DNA of 62,462 bases from an uncultured Anaerolineales bacterium. Its GTDB lineage: Bacteria; Chloroflexota; Anaerolineae; B4-G1. Below, piece by piece: positions 35,028 to 44,532 of the stretch. The stretch lies in NCBI GenBank assembly GCA_964528475.1, contig CAZGSX010000004.1, positions 1 through 62,462 of the forward strand. Direction: 5' to 3'. The translations under genes were made by a program, and so were the position numbers. Every line of letters starts with the position of its first letter. Position 1 is the first letter of the stretch. A model generated the notes under the pieces. It worked only from the letters and a program-made list of their open reading frames with translations, was not told the origin of the DNA and searched no databases.

Positions 35028-35706
35028 GTCCGCACAGAGGTGCGCTTCGCGAGCGCGCCTCAGCTCTGGTCCGTGGCAAGTCCCCAACCCATCCCCGGCA
35101 GACCTGCCCATGGCCGATACGACCGGGACCTCGCCTGGGCCTTGATCACCGAGCGCGGGTGTGTCGGAGGACGCGTGCATTTCGCCTTCGACGGCGGTGC
35201 TCTGGCCACCGGTGTCGGGATCGGCCACCGTCCGCGTGGGCGCGGGGCCTCACCCCATCATGGGGCGAGCGCTTCGGTCATAGGATCCCGTCAAGAAGCT
35301 CGTAAGACCTCAGCGGCAAGACAGCAGGGGTGCAGCTGGAGCAGAGGCTCAAGGGATGTCCACCCAGAGGCACCAAATTCTGGTTCAGCTCAGGCTCCAG
35401 ATTGGGCGCCCACGGGGGGTTGCTGTGGGGGGCGTGAGAGGTGAGAATGGAAGACCGTGACTTGGCGACAACGACCCTTGGCCCATCACAAGTCAAAGTA
35501 ACGCGGGCTGATTCAAGAGCCCAACAAGCGTGACTGAGACCCTCGACGTCTGTGGCCTTCCTTTAGGAGGGAGCCACAGGCCCGGTGAGTGCCTAGGGCC
35601 CGCCCGGCGAACTGGGACCAGGGCACAGTCCAAGCGCGATTCCCGCCTTGCCCGCTCGGCAGCAACGTCTCTTCCAGCGGGCGTAGAAGGCACCATTATG
35701 CGGAGG

Positions 35707-36450
35707 CTACTTCTCTCCTTCTCCCAAGCCCAGGGGCCTCGTCGGCTCGGTTCCTTTGGCGGCCTTGACCTCAGCTCTCTTCGCTCCAGGATCAGCTGCC
35801 GCATCACCCCCCTCAACGGCCGCCTCTCGAAGACGCGCTGCTGGGTCTGGTCCTTGCCATCCCGGGCCAGCTGCCCCATCCATGAAAAGGTCGACGGAGA
35901 CATCGATGAACTCAGGCAGAGGACACGGCCGATGACCCTGGTGCCACCATCGAATGCGCTGGAAGAAGAGCGCGCGGATCACGGTAGCCAGATAGAGGGG
36001 ATCCAGTTCCGATCGTATCTCACCTCGGTCCTGCGCCTGGCTGACCTGGCGGGATAGGAGGTCCGCCAACGCGTGACCGGGCCCGGACTCCCGCCGGTGG
36101 ATCATCGCCGCAAAGAGCTGGTGGGCGAGATTCCTCTCGCAGAGGGGATCCTCCGCCACCAGCCGCAAAGCCAGCTTGATCCTCGCCACCGGGCTGGTGG
36201 GGGCACCCTGGTCTGGACGCAATGCCGTCTCCAGCTGCTCGAGCCTGTGCGCAGCAATGGCCGGCAAGATCGCCTCTTTGGTGTCGAAGTAGTTGAAAAA
36301 CGTCCCTTTGGCGACGTCTACAGCGTCCGTGATATCCTGAACAGTGGTAGCGTCATAGCCGCGTTCGTTGAACAGATCCAACGCCGCCCGCATCAGGCTC
36401 TCGCGCGTCTCCTGCTTCTTCCGCTCCCGCCGTGAAAGTTGTCTATCCAT
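35707..36450 (-). CDS. TetR/AcrR family transcriptional regulator
   Basis: HTH region RRERKKQETRESLMRAALDLFNERGYDATTVQDITDAVDVAKGTFFNYF. Has a low-complexity C-terminal tail. ATG at 36450. Confidence 0.85.
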   Translation of the reverse strand: MDRQLSRRERKKQETRESLMRAALDLFNERGYDATTVQDITDAVDVAKGTFFNYFDTKEAILPAIAAHRLEQLETALRPDQGAPTSPVARIKLALRLVAEDPLCERNLAHQLFAAMIHRRESGPGHALADLLSRQVSQAQDRGEIRSELDPLYLATVIRALFFQRIRWWHQGHRPCPLPEFIDVSVDLFMDGAAGPGWQGPDPAARLREAAVEGGDAAADPGAKRAEVKAAKGTEPTRPLGLGEGEK

Positions 36451-36479
36451 GTCTACAGAAATATGACCCGGGGACAAAA

Positions 36480-36523
36480 ATGACCACGGTCATCCATTAT
36501 AGACAGCGGTCACGGATTGTCAA
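36480..36523 (-). promoter_or_regulatory. tetR promoter with palindromic operator
   Basis: Minus strand: TTGACA (36523-36518), 16 nt, TATAAT (36501-36496). The palindrome ATGACC-GT-GGTCAT (36493-36480) follows 2 nt later, with a third GGTCAT half-site further downstream. Confidence 0.55.
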
Positions 36524-37554
36524 GCCAGTCGGACCTGCCCCAAGGCCCACTCCGCGTGCGTACGCACTAGATTGCTCTCATCAAGACAAACCTCTTCTAA
36601 CACGGGAACGACACTCGGTCCCCCGATATTGCCGAGCACGACCGCCGCATTGCGCAAGAGGCCCGCACGTCGGGGTCGCCACAGGGGGGTGTCGTGGAAC
36701 CGAGAGTGGAACGCGCCCTTGGTCATCCTAAGAAGCTCGACCAAGTCCAGACGTGGACGCGCGGGAGCAAAGGCTGAGACTGTTGTTGGGCGGGCAAAGC
36801 GCCTGTTCCACGGGCACACCTCCTGACACACATCACAGCCAAACACCCAGTCGCCCAGGGATGCCCGATGCGGCTCGGGAATAGCGCCCCGATGCTCTAT
36901 GGTCAAATAGGAGATGCAGCGGCGTGCGTCGAGCACACGCGGGGCCACCAGAGCTCCGGTGGGACAGGCTTCAAGGCAGGCGGTACAGCTGCCACAGCGG
37001 TCATCGAACAGAGCTGCATCAGGCTCCAGCTCCACGTCAAGAAGCAGCTCGCCCAAGAATACGTAGGACCCCATGGAGGGGTGAATGAGACTTGTGTTCT
37101 TTCCAATCCACCCCAACCCTGCTCTCTGGGCCAGTTCCCTCTCCATGACGGGCCCGAAATCAACGTAGGCGCGATGGTCAATCGATCGGCTTACCCAAGC
37201 CCTCGTCTGGTCAGCGAGCCGCTCCAGTCTTTCCAGTAGTACGCTGTGGTAGTCGGCGCCCCAGGCGTAACGAGCCACCCGACCCTGGGCAGCCTCTCCG
37301 GGAGGGAAGTCACCGGGATAGTAGTTCATGCCCACGACAACGACGGAACGTACCCCGGGCATCAGGATCCGTGGATCGCTGCGTTTCTCAACGGCATCGG
37401 GCCGGGCCAGGTAGTCCATGTCGGCACAGTACCCTCTCGCCAGCCAGTCTCGATAACGAACCATATGAGAACTAGGATCTGGCGACGCGATACCGACCAG
37501 GTCAAAGCCCAGCCGCCGAGCCTCCTGCTTTACATCCTGCGTCAGTCCATGCAT
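36520..37554 (-). CDS. queG: tRNA epoxyqueuosine(34) reductase
   Basis: Two 4Fe-4S motifs (CGSCTACLEACPTGA, CDVCQEVCPWN), ISYLTIE and HEAT-like C-terminal repeats. ATG at 37554, chosen because the -10 element sits on the longer ORF start. Confidence 0.9.
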   Translation of the reverse strand: MHGLTQDVKQEARRLGFDLVGIASPDPSSHMVRYRDWLARGYCADMDYLARPDAVEKRSDPRILMPGVRSVVVVGMNYYPGDFPPGEAAQGRVARYAWGADYHSVLLERLERLADQTRAWVSRSIDHRAYVDFGPVMERELAQRAGLGWIGKNTSLIHPSMGSYVFLGELLLDVELEPDAALFDDRCGSCTACLEACPTGALVAPRVLDARRCISYLTIEHRGAIPEPHRASLGDWVFGCDVCQEVCPWNRRFARPTTVSAFAPARPRLDLVELLRMTKGAFHSRFHDTPLWRPRRAGLLRNAAVVLGNIGGPSVVPVLEEVCLDESNLVRTHAEWALGQVRLA

Positions 37555-37563
37555 TGAGAACAC

Positions 37564-37592
37564 ACTATAGCTGAGGCGTGGTTAAGTGTCAA
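37564..37592 (-). promoter_or_regulatory. queG promoter (predicts a leaderless mRNA)
   Basis: Minus strand: TTGACA (37592-37587), 17 nt, TATAGT (37569-37564). Only 9 nt separate the -10 from the ATG at 37554, and there is no SD. Confidence 0.5.
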
Positions 37593-37624
37593 CGCCTCCT
37601 CGGCCCTCTGTACCATCCTTTTAC

Positions 37625-37653
37625 TTGCGCCTTACCCCACCCCGTGTTATAAT
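37625..37653 (+). promoter_or_regulatory. nusA operon promoter
   Basis: TTGCGC (37625-37630), 17 nt, TATAAT (37648-37653), with a TGt extension. Confidence 0.45.
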
Positions 37654-37678
37654 CCTCCTCGCATAGCCGGAGTACAAG

Positions 37679-37703
37679 AAGTGGGCAACCCCCACTTTTT
37701 TTT
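37679..37703 (+). terminator. intrinsic terminator/attenuator in the nusA leader
   Basis: AAGTGGG, loop CAACC, CCCACTT, running into eight T (37696-37703). It lies about 25 nt downstream of the -10 and 120 nt upstream of the nusA ATG. Confidence 0.6.
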
Positions 37704-37824
37704 ATAGCATAGTGATGTTCGTTCGATAGCCGGGCGGGAAAACCCCGGCGATCAGTGTGGGAAGAGATAGTTGTCTCACCGCGGCTGAAAGCCGGGTGAG
37801 ATGCTCGGATGGCAGGAGAGGAAT

Positions 37825-39804
37825 ATGAAGTCGGAATTCCTGTTGGCGTTCAATGAGATATGTAGCGACCGCGGCCTGTCCAGGGCAGTGGTCCTTGACG
37901 CGTTGGAGAACGCGTTGGTCTCCGCCTACCGACGCAACATAGATGTCAACACAGTTGAGAATGTCTCGGCTGAGATTGATCCCAGCACGGGAGACGCGAA
38001 GATCTTCGTGCAGAAGGAGGTCGTGGAGGAAGTCAGCGACCCTGCTTGGGAGATCAACCTGACAGATGCGCGGAGAATCGATCCCGATGCAGAGCTAGGT
38101 GAATTGGTCACCGTCGAGGATACGCCCGACAACTTCGGACGAATTGCAGCACAGACGGCCAAGCAGGTCATCTTGCAGCGGATACGAGAAGCCGAGCGCG
38201 ACGCCCAGTACGAACACTACGTCGAGCAAGAGGGTGAGATTGTGCACGGGACTGTCCAGAGTGTGCGGTCCAACGTCGTGCTGGTCAATCTTGGCGGTGC
38301 TGAGGCCATCCTTCCGCGCAGTCAGCAGGTCCCTGGGGAGAGGTACCACATCCATCAGCGGCTGCGTGCCTACGTGCTTGAAGTTCGGAGCACGAACCGA
38401 GGACCGAAGATCGTCCTGTCACGGAGCCATCAGAAGATGCTGCGGAGGCTGCTCGAGCTCGAGGTGCCCGAGATCTTCAACGGCACCGTCGAGATCAAGG
38501 CCATCGCGCGCGAGGCGGGTTCGCGGTCGAAGGTGGCAGTGGCCGCCCGCCAGCCGGGTATCGACCCGGTGGGAGCCTGTGTCGGCATGCGTGGCGTGCG
38601 CATCAAGTCGATCGTCAACGAGCTGGGCGGCGAGAAGATCGATGTCATCGAATGGAGCCCAGACACGTCGACGTTCATCGCCAAGGCGCTTAGCCCGGCG
38701 AAGGTCCTGAGCGTTCAGTTGGATGAAGATCCGGATGGACGCAAGGCCGCCAGCGTCGTCGTGCCGGACGATCAGCTCTCATTGGCTATTGGGCGGGCGG
38801 GGCAGAATGCTCGCCTGGCCGCCAAGTTGTGCGACCATCGCATCGACATTCAAGGCGTCACCGAGGCCGCGACCTGGGCTCTGCAGCGCGTCAACGAGGA
38901 TCCAGACGTACTGCCCAGTATCGGACAGGCAGCTGAGTTGCTGCCTTCCGTGGCCAGCATCCTGCAACATCACGAAGAGGAGGACTTGCCGTACTCCAGT
39001 GAGGAGTTGCTGAAGATGCGTCGGGTGATCGAGTCAGTTCGTAAGCATTACATCTCCCTGCGCCAGGCGGATCGGGAGCGTCGGCAGGCAGAGGATGAGG
39101 CCCGTCGCGAGGCCTTTGAGCAGGCACGCGAGCTCATCCCCGACAAGGCCTACGAGACCTCCGTCGAGGACATGACGCTGGACGCGCGCACGGTGGGCCG
39201 CTTGGAAGGCGCGGGTCTCGCCAACGCGGGGCAGATGATGGAGCGGCTCATCGCGGAAGGCGACGAAGGTCTGTTGAACCTGGATGGAATAGGGCCCAAG
39301 ACGCTGGACGAGGTCAAGGAAAGCATCACTGAACTGGCGCTGCTCGAGGAAGAACCTGCTGCCACAGAGGAACCGACCGTGGTCGAGGAAGAGGAGGAAC
39401 CTGTTCCCGAGCATGTGGAGGAGCTCCCGACCGGTATCGCTGAGGAGGCCGCAGAGGCCAAGCCGGCTGAGGAGGAGGTCGAGGAGGAGGTAGCTCCGGA
39501 GGAGGAGAGCCGGGCAGAGATGTTGGCCCGAGCTATGAAGGAGCGCCGCTTGGGAGCCGAAGAGGCCGCGGAGGACGAAGAAGTATCTCTCGAGGATGAG
39601 GAGCTCGAAGAAGCGGGAGAGGATGAGGGTCCTGAGTACTTCTTCGATGAGGAAGAGCCCATCGATCGCGAGGAGAAGCTCAAGCGCGAGCGCCGGCGCC
39701 GAGTGCAGCTGGTCTATGACGAAGAGACGGGAGAGCTCATTCCCCGTCGCCGTCGGAAGCGGGAGGAAGACGCCGAGGACTGGAAGCAGTACGTAGACTT
39801 CTAG
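37825..39804 (+). CDS. nusA: transcription termination/antitermination factor NusA with a long acidic C-terminal extension
   Basis: N-terminal domain ([31 protein letters not shown]), S1 and KH1/KH2 ([26 protein letters not shown]). A Glu-rich tail of about 150 aa follows. SD AGGAGAGG. Confidence 0.95.
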   Translation: MKSEFLLAFNEICSDRGLSRAVVLDALENALVSAYRRNIDVNTVENVSAEIDPSTGDAKIFVQKEVVEEVSDPAWEINLTDARRIDPDAELGELVTVEDTPDNFGRIAAQTAKQVILQRIREAERDAQYEHYVEQEGEIVHGTVQSVRSNVVLVNLGGAEAILPRSQQVPGERYHIHQRLRAYVLEVRSTNRGPKIVLSRSHQKMLRRLLELEVPEIFNGTVEIKAIAREAGSRSKVAVAARQPGIDPVGACVGMRGVRIKSIVNELGGEKIDVIEWSPDTSTFIAKALSPAKVLSVQLDEDPDGRKAASVVVPDDQLSLAIGRAGQNARLAAKLCDHRIDIQGVTEAATWALQRVNEDPDVLPSIGQAAELLPSVASILQHHEEEDLPYSSEELLKMRRVIESVRKHYISLRQADRERRQAEDEARREAFEQARELIPDKAYETSVEDMTLDARTVGRLEGAGLANAGQMMERLIAEGDEGLLNLDGIGPKTLDEVKESITELALLEEEPAATEEPTVVEEEEEPVPEHVEELPTGIAEEAAEAKPAEEEVEEEVAPEEESRAEMLARAMKERRLGAEEAAEDEEVSLEDEELEEAGEDEGPEYFFDEEEPIDREEKLKRERRRRVQLVYDEETGELIPRRRRKREEDAEDWKQYVDF

Positions 39805-39928
39805 TAGAGGTAGAAGAGGTGGCTCCGTGTCCGCGGAGCCACCTGGCTGCGTGCTGAAGGCACGCGACCGGCTGTTTCCTAGCTGGGGCCTCTCCGCCGT
39901 CGCTGAAATCTGGGGGGAGAAGAATAAG

Positions 39929-40213
39929 GTGGCGTCATCTCGGAAGAGGAAACATATCCCGCAGCGAACGTGCGTTGCCTGCCGTAGTGTGCGACCCAAA
40001 CGTGAGTTGATTCGGCTGGTCCGAACGCCCGAGGGTGAGGTCGTTGTCGATGAAACGGGCAAGCAGAGCGGGCGCGGGGCCTATCTCTGTCCCACCGCTG
40101 ACTGTTGGGAGACAGCGCTCGCCAAGGGGGCGCTGGACCGGGCCCTTCGCACTAAACTGACCGATGAGACGAAGGCCCGACTCCAAGACTACGCGGACAG
40201 ACTGCGCCGATGA
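39929..40213 (+). CDS. ylxR: YlxR family RNA-binding protein (DUF448)
   Basis: Has RTCVACRSVRPKRELIRLV...GRGAYLC. GTG at 39929. Sits in the canonical position between nusA and infB. Confidence 0.8.
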   Translation: MASSRKRKHIPQRTCVACRSVRPKRELIRLVRTPEGEVVVDETGKQSGRGAYLCPTADCWETALAKGALDRALRTKLTDETKARLQDYADRLRR

Positions 40214-40311
40214 CTCGGGTCGCACCTGCGAACGAGCTAGGTTCTGACAAGTAGCGCCATGATTAGTAGTAGGGTGGGTTGCCATACCTGCCGCAAAGGA
40301 AGTAGGTGGAG

Positions 40312-42120
40312 ATGAGTGAAGAGGTCGAGACACGCAACGGGAGCATCGTCGAAATCCCAGATTTCCTGACGGTGCGCCAGCTGGCCGAGTTGCTTGAAGT
40401 GAGCCCCATCGACGTGATCAAGGAACTGATGAGCGCTGGCGTCATGGCGAATATCAACCAGGAGATCGACTACGAGACAGCAGCCATCGTGACTGAGGAG
40501 ATGGGCTATGAGCCCATCGAGAAGTCCGCGGCTCCCACTGAGGAGGTGGCTGAGGAAGGGCCGACGCCACTGTGGGAACGATTCTATGCGGGGGAACGCC
40601 CAGAGGATCTGCAGCCGCGCCCGCCGGTGGTCACCACGCTGGGTCACGTTGACCATGGCAAGACATCGCTCCTGGATACCATCCGCCAGACTGACGTGGC
40701 CGGCGGCGAGGCTGGCGGGATCACGCAGCACATCGGCGCCTATCAGGTGGATCACGAGGGTCAGACCATAACGTTCATCGACACCCCCGGTCACGAGGCG
40801 TTCACCGAGATGCGCGCCCGGGGAGCGCATACCACAGATATCGCCATTCTTGTGGTGGCGGCCGACGATGGGGTGATGCCGCAGACCATCGAGGCCATCA
40901 ACCACGCCCGGGCGGCTCGTGTCCCGATCGTCGTGGCGCTGAACAAGATGGATCTCCCCACCGCCCAACCCGAGAAGACGAAGCAGGAACTGGCTGATCA
41001 GGGACTCGTTCCCGACGACTGGGGCGGAGATGTGCTCTGCATACCAGTATCCGCCAAGGAGAAGACGGGTTTGGGAGACCTTCTGGACGCGATCGTGCTT
41101 GTTGCAGAAGCCTCTGATCAAATCAAGGCCAATCCGAATCGGCCCGCTATGGGTTCCGTGCTCGAGGGACGTCTGGACCGGACTAGGGGCGCGACGGCCA
41201 CGGTGCTGGTACAGAACGGAACGTTGCGCATCGGTGATGACATCGTGGCTGGCCTCACATGCGGCCGCGTACGGCAGATGATCGACGAGCATGGTCAGCC
41301 CCTGAAGGAGGCCGGCCCATCGACTCCCGTCCTGGTGCTTGGGCTGGCGCACGTACCCAAGGCAGGCGAGGTCTTCGAGGTTGTGTCCGAGTCCTGTGTG
41401 GCCCGCGACATCGTCTCCGAACGCGAGGATGAGCTCGCAGCACAGGCGCCTGGGCCCATCCGGGCATTCACGCTGGACGACTTCGCCAGCCGCATCAAGG
41501 CCGGTCGGATGAAAGAGCTCAATCTGATTGTTAAAACGGATGCCCAGGGCTCCATCGATCCGATCGTCACCTCCCTGGAGCAGCTGGGCGATGAGGAGCT
41601 GAAAGTCAACGTCCTCCACGCTGCAGCTGGCGGCATCGGCAAGTCGGACGTGAACCTCGCTATCGCGTCTCAGGCGATCATCGTCGGCTTCAATGTGAAA
41701 CCTGATCCGGCCGCTCGACGCCTGGCAGAGAGCGAGGGCGTCGACATTCGGACATATAGCATCATCTATGAGCTCATCGATGAGGTCGACCAGGCACTAA
41801 AGGGCCTACTTGAGCCCACCTACGTCAAGGTCATGGTTGGGGAGGCAGTCGTGCGCGATACCTTCACCATTCCGGACGTGGGGACTGTGGCCGGATGTTA
41901 CGTCCGCAAGGGTCAGGCCCGGCGAAATGCGAGAGCGCGCGTTGTCCGAGACGGAAGCACTGTGCACGATGGCCCCGTAGCCTCGCTGAAGCGCTTCGCC
42001 GAGGATGTGCGCGAGGTCCGAAAGGGGTACGAGTGTGGCGTGGGGCTGGCCGGATTCAACGATCTGGACGTGGGCGATGTCATCCAGTTCTATGAGGAGC
42101 GGGAGAAGACGGCCGAGTAG
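40312..42120 (+). CDS. infB: translation initiation factor IF-2 (short form)
   Basis: G domain [20 protein letters not shown] and NKMD. C-terminal IF2 domains are present. SD AAGGAAGTAGGTGGAG. Confidence 0.95.
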   Translation: MSEEVETRNGSIVEIPDFLTVRQLAELLEVSPIDVIKELMSAGVMANINQEIDYETAAIVTEEMGYEPIEKSAAPTEEVAEEGPTPLWERFYAGERPEDLQPRPPVVTTLGHVDHGKTSLLDTIRQTDVAGGEAGGITQHIGAYQVDHEGQTITFIDTPGHEAFTEMRARGAHTTDIAILVVAADDGVMPQTIEAINHARAARVPIVVALNKMDLPTAQPEKTKQELADQGLVPDDWGGDVLCIPVSAKEKTGLGDLLDAIVLVAEASDQIKANPNRPAMGSVLEGRLDRTRGATATVLVQNGTLRIGDDIVAGLTCGRVRQMIDEHGQPLKEAGPSTPVLVLGLAHVPKAGEVFEVVSESCVARDIVSEREDELAAQAPGPIRAFTLDDFASRIKAGRMKELNLIVKTDAQGSIDPIVTSLEQLGDEELKVNVLHAAAGGIGKSDVNLAIASQAIIVGFNVKPDPAARRLAESEGVDIRTYSIIYELIDEVDQALKGLLEPTYVKVMVGEAVVRDTFTIPDVGTVAGCYVRKGQARRNARARVVRDGSTVHDGPVASLKRFAEDVREVRKGYECGVGLAGFNDLDVGDVIQFYEEREKTAE

Positions 42121-42223
42121 GCGAGATCCGTGCCCGAGCCTGATTGAGGGGCCCTTCCGCGTCTCTGCCGGACGTATTCCACCTGAGACGAGCGCAGTCG
42201 GACGGTGAGCATGGAGGAGACCA

Positions 42224-42595
42224 GTGGGTAAGAAATATCAGCGTCGCGTATCGGAACTCATTCATGTCCGGTTGGCCGACCTTCTGCAATCGAAGGTCAA
42301 GGATCCGCGTCTTGACATGGTCACCATCACCGGCGTCGAAGTGTCCCCCGACGCATCGCACGCCAAGGTGTATTTCAGTGCCATTGGCGGAGACCAGTCG
42401 CGCCAAGAGGCAAAGGAAGGGCTGGAGAGTGCATCGGGCTGGCTGCGGCATGAGCTAGGGCAGACATTACGGCTACGCCGCACTCCGGAACTGGTTTTTC
42501 GTTACGATGAATCGCTGGAACGTGGAGAGCGCATCTCCAGCATTTTGAACGAATTGGGACTTGGTGACGAAGATTCCGACACTGAAACAAGCTAG
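42224..42595 (+). CDS. rbfA: ribosome-binding factor A
   Basis: 123 aa. Has RVSELIHVRLADLLQSKVKDPRL and LRRTPELVFRYD. Confidence 0.9.
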   Translation: MGKKYQRRVSELIHVRLADLLQSKVKDPRLDMVTITGVEVSPDASHAKVYFSAIGGDQSRQEAKEGLESASGWLRHELGQTLRLRRTPELVFRYDESLERGERISSILNELGLGDEDSDTETS

Positions 42596-43541
42596 CCAGC
42601 TGATCCTTGGGGCCCGGAGCCCCCTCCTTGTCTGTCACATCTCCCCGGATGGCGATGCACTGGGCAGCCTAACGGGACTGGCCCGCGCCTTACGGCAACT
42701 GGGCTCTTCGCCCATCGCAGCGTGTGCCGACACGGTTCCTTCGCGGTTTGATTTCATCCCTGGTATCGAATCTGTCGTACAAGACGTCGCTTCCTCCTTC
42801 GATCTAGTCGTCACGCTCGATTGCTCGGATCTGCGACGAGTAGGTCGCTTTTCCAACCTGCCGCACTTCACAGACCCGCCGCTGATCAACATTGACCACC
42901 ACGTCACCAACCTGGACTTCGGTGACGTCAACGTCGTTGACCCAAAGGCGTCGTCCACGGCCGAGGTGGTGCTGCAGCTCCTGGATCAGATGCAGATTCA
43001 AATCGACGAGACACTGGCAACCAGCTTGCTGACGGGCATTGTCACCGACACGCGAGGGTTCCGCACAAGCAACGTCACGCCTCGCGTCCTGGAGGCTGCC
43101 CTGCGGCTTGCCAAAGCAGGGGCGTCACTGCCCTACATCAGCCAGCAGGGATTGGACCGGCGCCCATTGGCGGTCTTGCGGCTGTGGGGGATGGCTCTCT
43201 CGAACGTGCGTTTTGAAGACGGTGTGGCTTGGGCCAGCTTGCCACTGGATATGCGGCAAGAGATCGGCTATCAAGGTAACGGCGATGCCGGATTGGTGAG
43301 TTTCCTGGTCAGCGCCGAGGAGGCTCAGGTCTCCGTGGTATTCGTTGAGCAGGAGGACGGGAGCGTCGATGTGGGCCTACGCGCCGTTCCTGGGTTCGAC
43401 GTGGCCCAGTTCGCCCTTCAGTTTGGCGGGGGCGGACATGCTCTTGCTGCAGGCTTCACCATCAGCGGGCCCATGGAGTACGCCAAGGAGCAAGTACTTG
43501 GTCCCCTGCTGGGAGACGTCGCTCGTCAGCGAGCAGCCTAG
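42561..43541 (+). CDS. nrnA: DHH/DHHA1 phosphoesterase (NrnA-like oligoribonuclease/pAp phosphatase)
   Basis: Has HISPDGDALGS, DCSD, IDHH and GGGHALAAG. The TTG start overlaps the rbfA 3' end, and the exact start is uncertain. Confidence 0.8.
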   Translation: MVTKIPTLKQASQLILGARSPLLVCHISPDGDALGSLTGLARALRQLGSSPIAACADTVPSRFDFIPGIESVVQDVASSFDLVVTLDCSDLRRVGRFSNLPHFTDPPLINIDHHVTNLDFGDVNVVDPKASSTAEVVLQLLDQMQIQIDETLATSLLTGIVTDTRGFRTSNVTPRVLEAALRLAKAGASLPYISQQGLDRRPLAVLRLWGMALSNVRFEDGVAWASLPLDMRQEIGYQGNGDAGLVSFLVSAEEAQVSVVFVEQEDGSVDVGLRAVPGFDVAQFALQFGGGGHALAAGFTISGPMEYAKEQVLGPLLGDVARQRAA

Positions 43542-43569
43542 GCACAGCAGTGCGCCGCTCGGCAGACAG

Positions 43570-44526
43570 ATGGAGGGCACTCCATTGAAGGAGAACAACC
43601 CTAGCGGCGTCCTCAATATCGACAAGCCTGTGGGTAAGAGCTCCCACGACGTGGTGGAGCGCGTCCGCACATCGACGCAAGTCCGACGCGTTGGCCACAC
43701 TGGAACGCTGGATCCTCTGGCGACCGGGGTGCTGGTCGTCTGCGTCGGTCGAAGCGCAACGCGCATCGCCGAATACCTGATGGACGAGCCCAAGATCTAC
43801 AGAACAGTCGCTGAGCTGGGCGTCGCCACAGATACCTTCGATGCTGAGGGCGCGGTGGTGTCCAGCGGTGCCGTTGAGGTCGACCAACGAGATGTGGAAA
43901 GAACCCTAGATGAGTTTCGAGGTCTCATCGAGCAGATCCCCCCAATGTACTCCGCTATCAAGCACCGGGGCAAACCCCTGTATCGCCTGGCTCGCCGGGG
44001 TATTGAGGTAGAGCGCAAACCTCGACAGGTGGAGATATCTCGCCTCGACCTGATCGCTTGGAGGCGTGTTGACGACCGCGCCTGGTGTACGCTGGAAGTG
44101 ACGTGTTCACCCGGCACGTACATACGCAGCCTGGTTCATGACCTGGGGCAGAAGCTTGGATGTGGCGCCCACGTGAAGACTCTGACCCGTCTCGCAAGTG
44201 GCAACTTCCGCCTTAAGGACGCGGTCCCCCTCGATAGATTCGTTCAGGCAGCGGAGCGAGGGCACTGGGCTCAGCTTCTCACTCCCATCGATGAGGCCCT
44301 TGCGGATCGCTTCCCCGCGCTGCATCTGGATGGTCGTGCAGCCACACAACTCTGCTCAGGACAGCCAGTTCGCGCTCCAGACATCCTCACGGACGGTCCA
44401 GCATTAGCCCGCATCTACGGACCCACCGGACGGTTCCTGGCCTTGGCTGGCTACGATGATCGCGCGGATCTCTGGCGACCGAGGAAAGTCTTCGTCTCCC
44501 CAGAGTGCGCTGCGGGCCGGGATTGA
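43570..44526 (+). CDS. truB: tRNA pseudouridine(55) synthase
   Basis: Has GVLNIDKPVGKSSHDVV and the catalytic Asp context HTGTLDPLATGVLVV. ATG at 43570. The tracked ORF start at 43345 lies inside nrnA. Confidence 0.9.
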   Translation: MEGTPLKENNPSGVLNIDKPVGKSSHDVVERVRTSTQVRRVGHTGTLDPLATGVLVVCVGRSATRIAEYLMDEPKIYRTVAELGVATDTFDAEGAVVSSGAVEVDQRDVERTLDEFRGLIEQIPPMYSAIKHRGKPLYRLARRGIEVERKPRQVEISRLDLIAWRRVDDRAWCTLEVTCSPGTYIRSLVHDLGQKLGCGAHVKTLTRLASGNFRLKDAVPLDRFVQAAERGHWAQLLTPIDEALADRFPALHLDGRAATQLCSGQPVRAPDILTDGPALARIYGPTGRFLALAGYDDRADLWRPRKVFVSPECAAGRD

Positions 44527-44532
44527 GGGACT

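Noticed and set aside
34798-35079. 93-aa minus-strand ORF and 169-aa plus-strand ORF (34935-35444) in the gene-free gap
   Set aside because: They have no SD and atypical composition, and they span the orphan promoter itself. No family resemblance was seen.
37654-37703. tRNA gene (metY-like) or small RNA upstream of nusA
   Set aside because: The promoter-to-terminator interval is only about 45 nt and has no cloverleaf or T-loop (GGTTCGAATCC-type) sequence. It is interpreted as an attenuator instead.
39034-40062. 342-aa minus-strand ORF rich in Leu/Ser/Phe
   Set aside because: It is the antisense reading of the GAG/GAA-rich NusA tail, which is a low-complexity artefact.
40237-41619. 460-aa minus-strand ORF
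   Set aside because: It is antisense to infB (unambiguous IF-2 G domain on the plus strand). No motifs are present, so it is a shadow ORF.
43345-43569. Upstream extension of the truB ORF
   Set aside because: It overlaps the nrnA 3' end. TruB similarity starts at the ATG at 43570.
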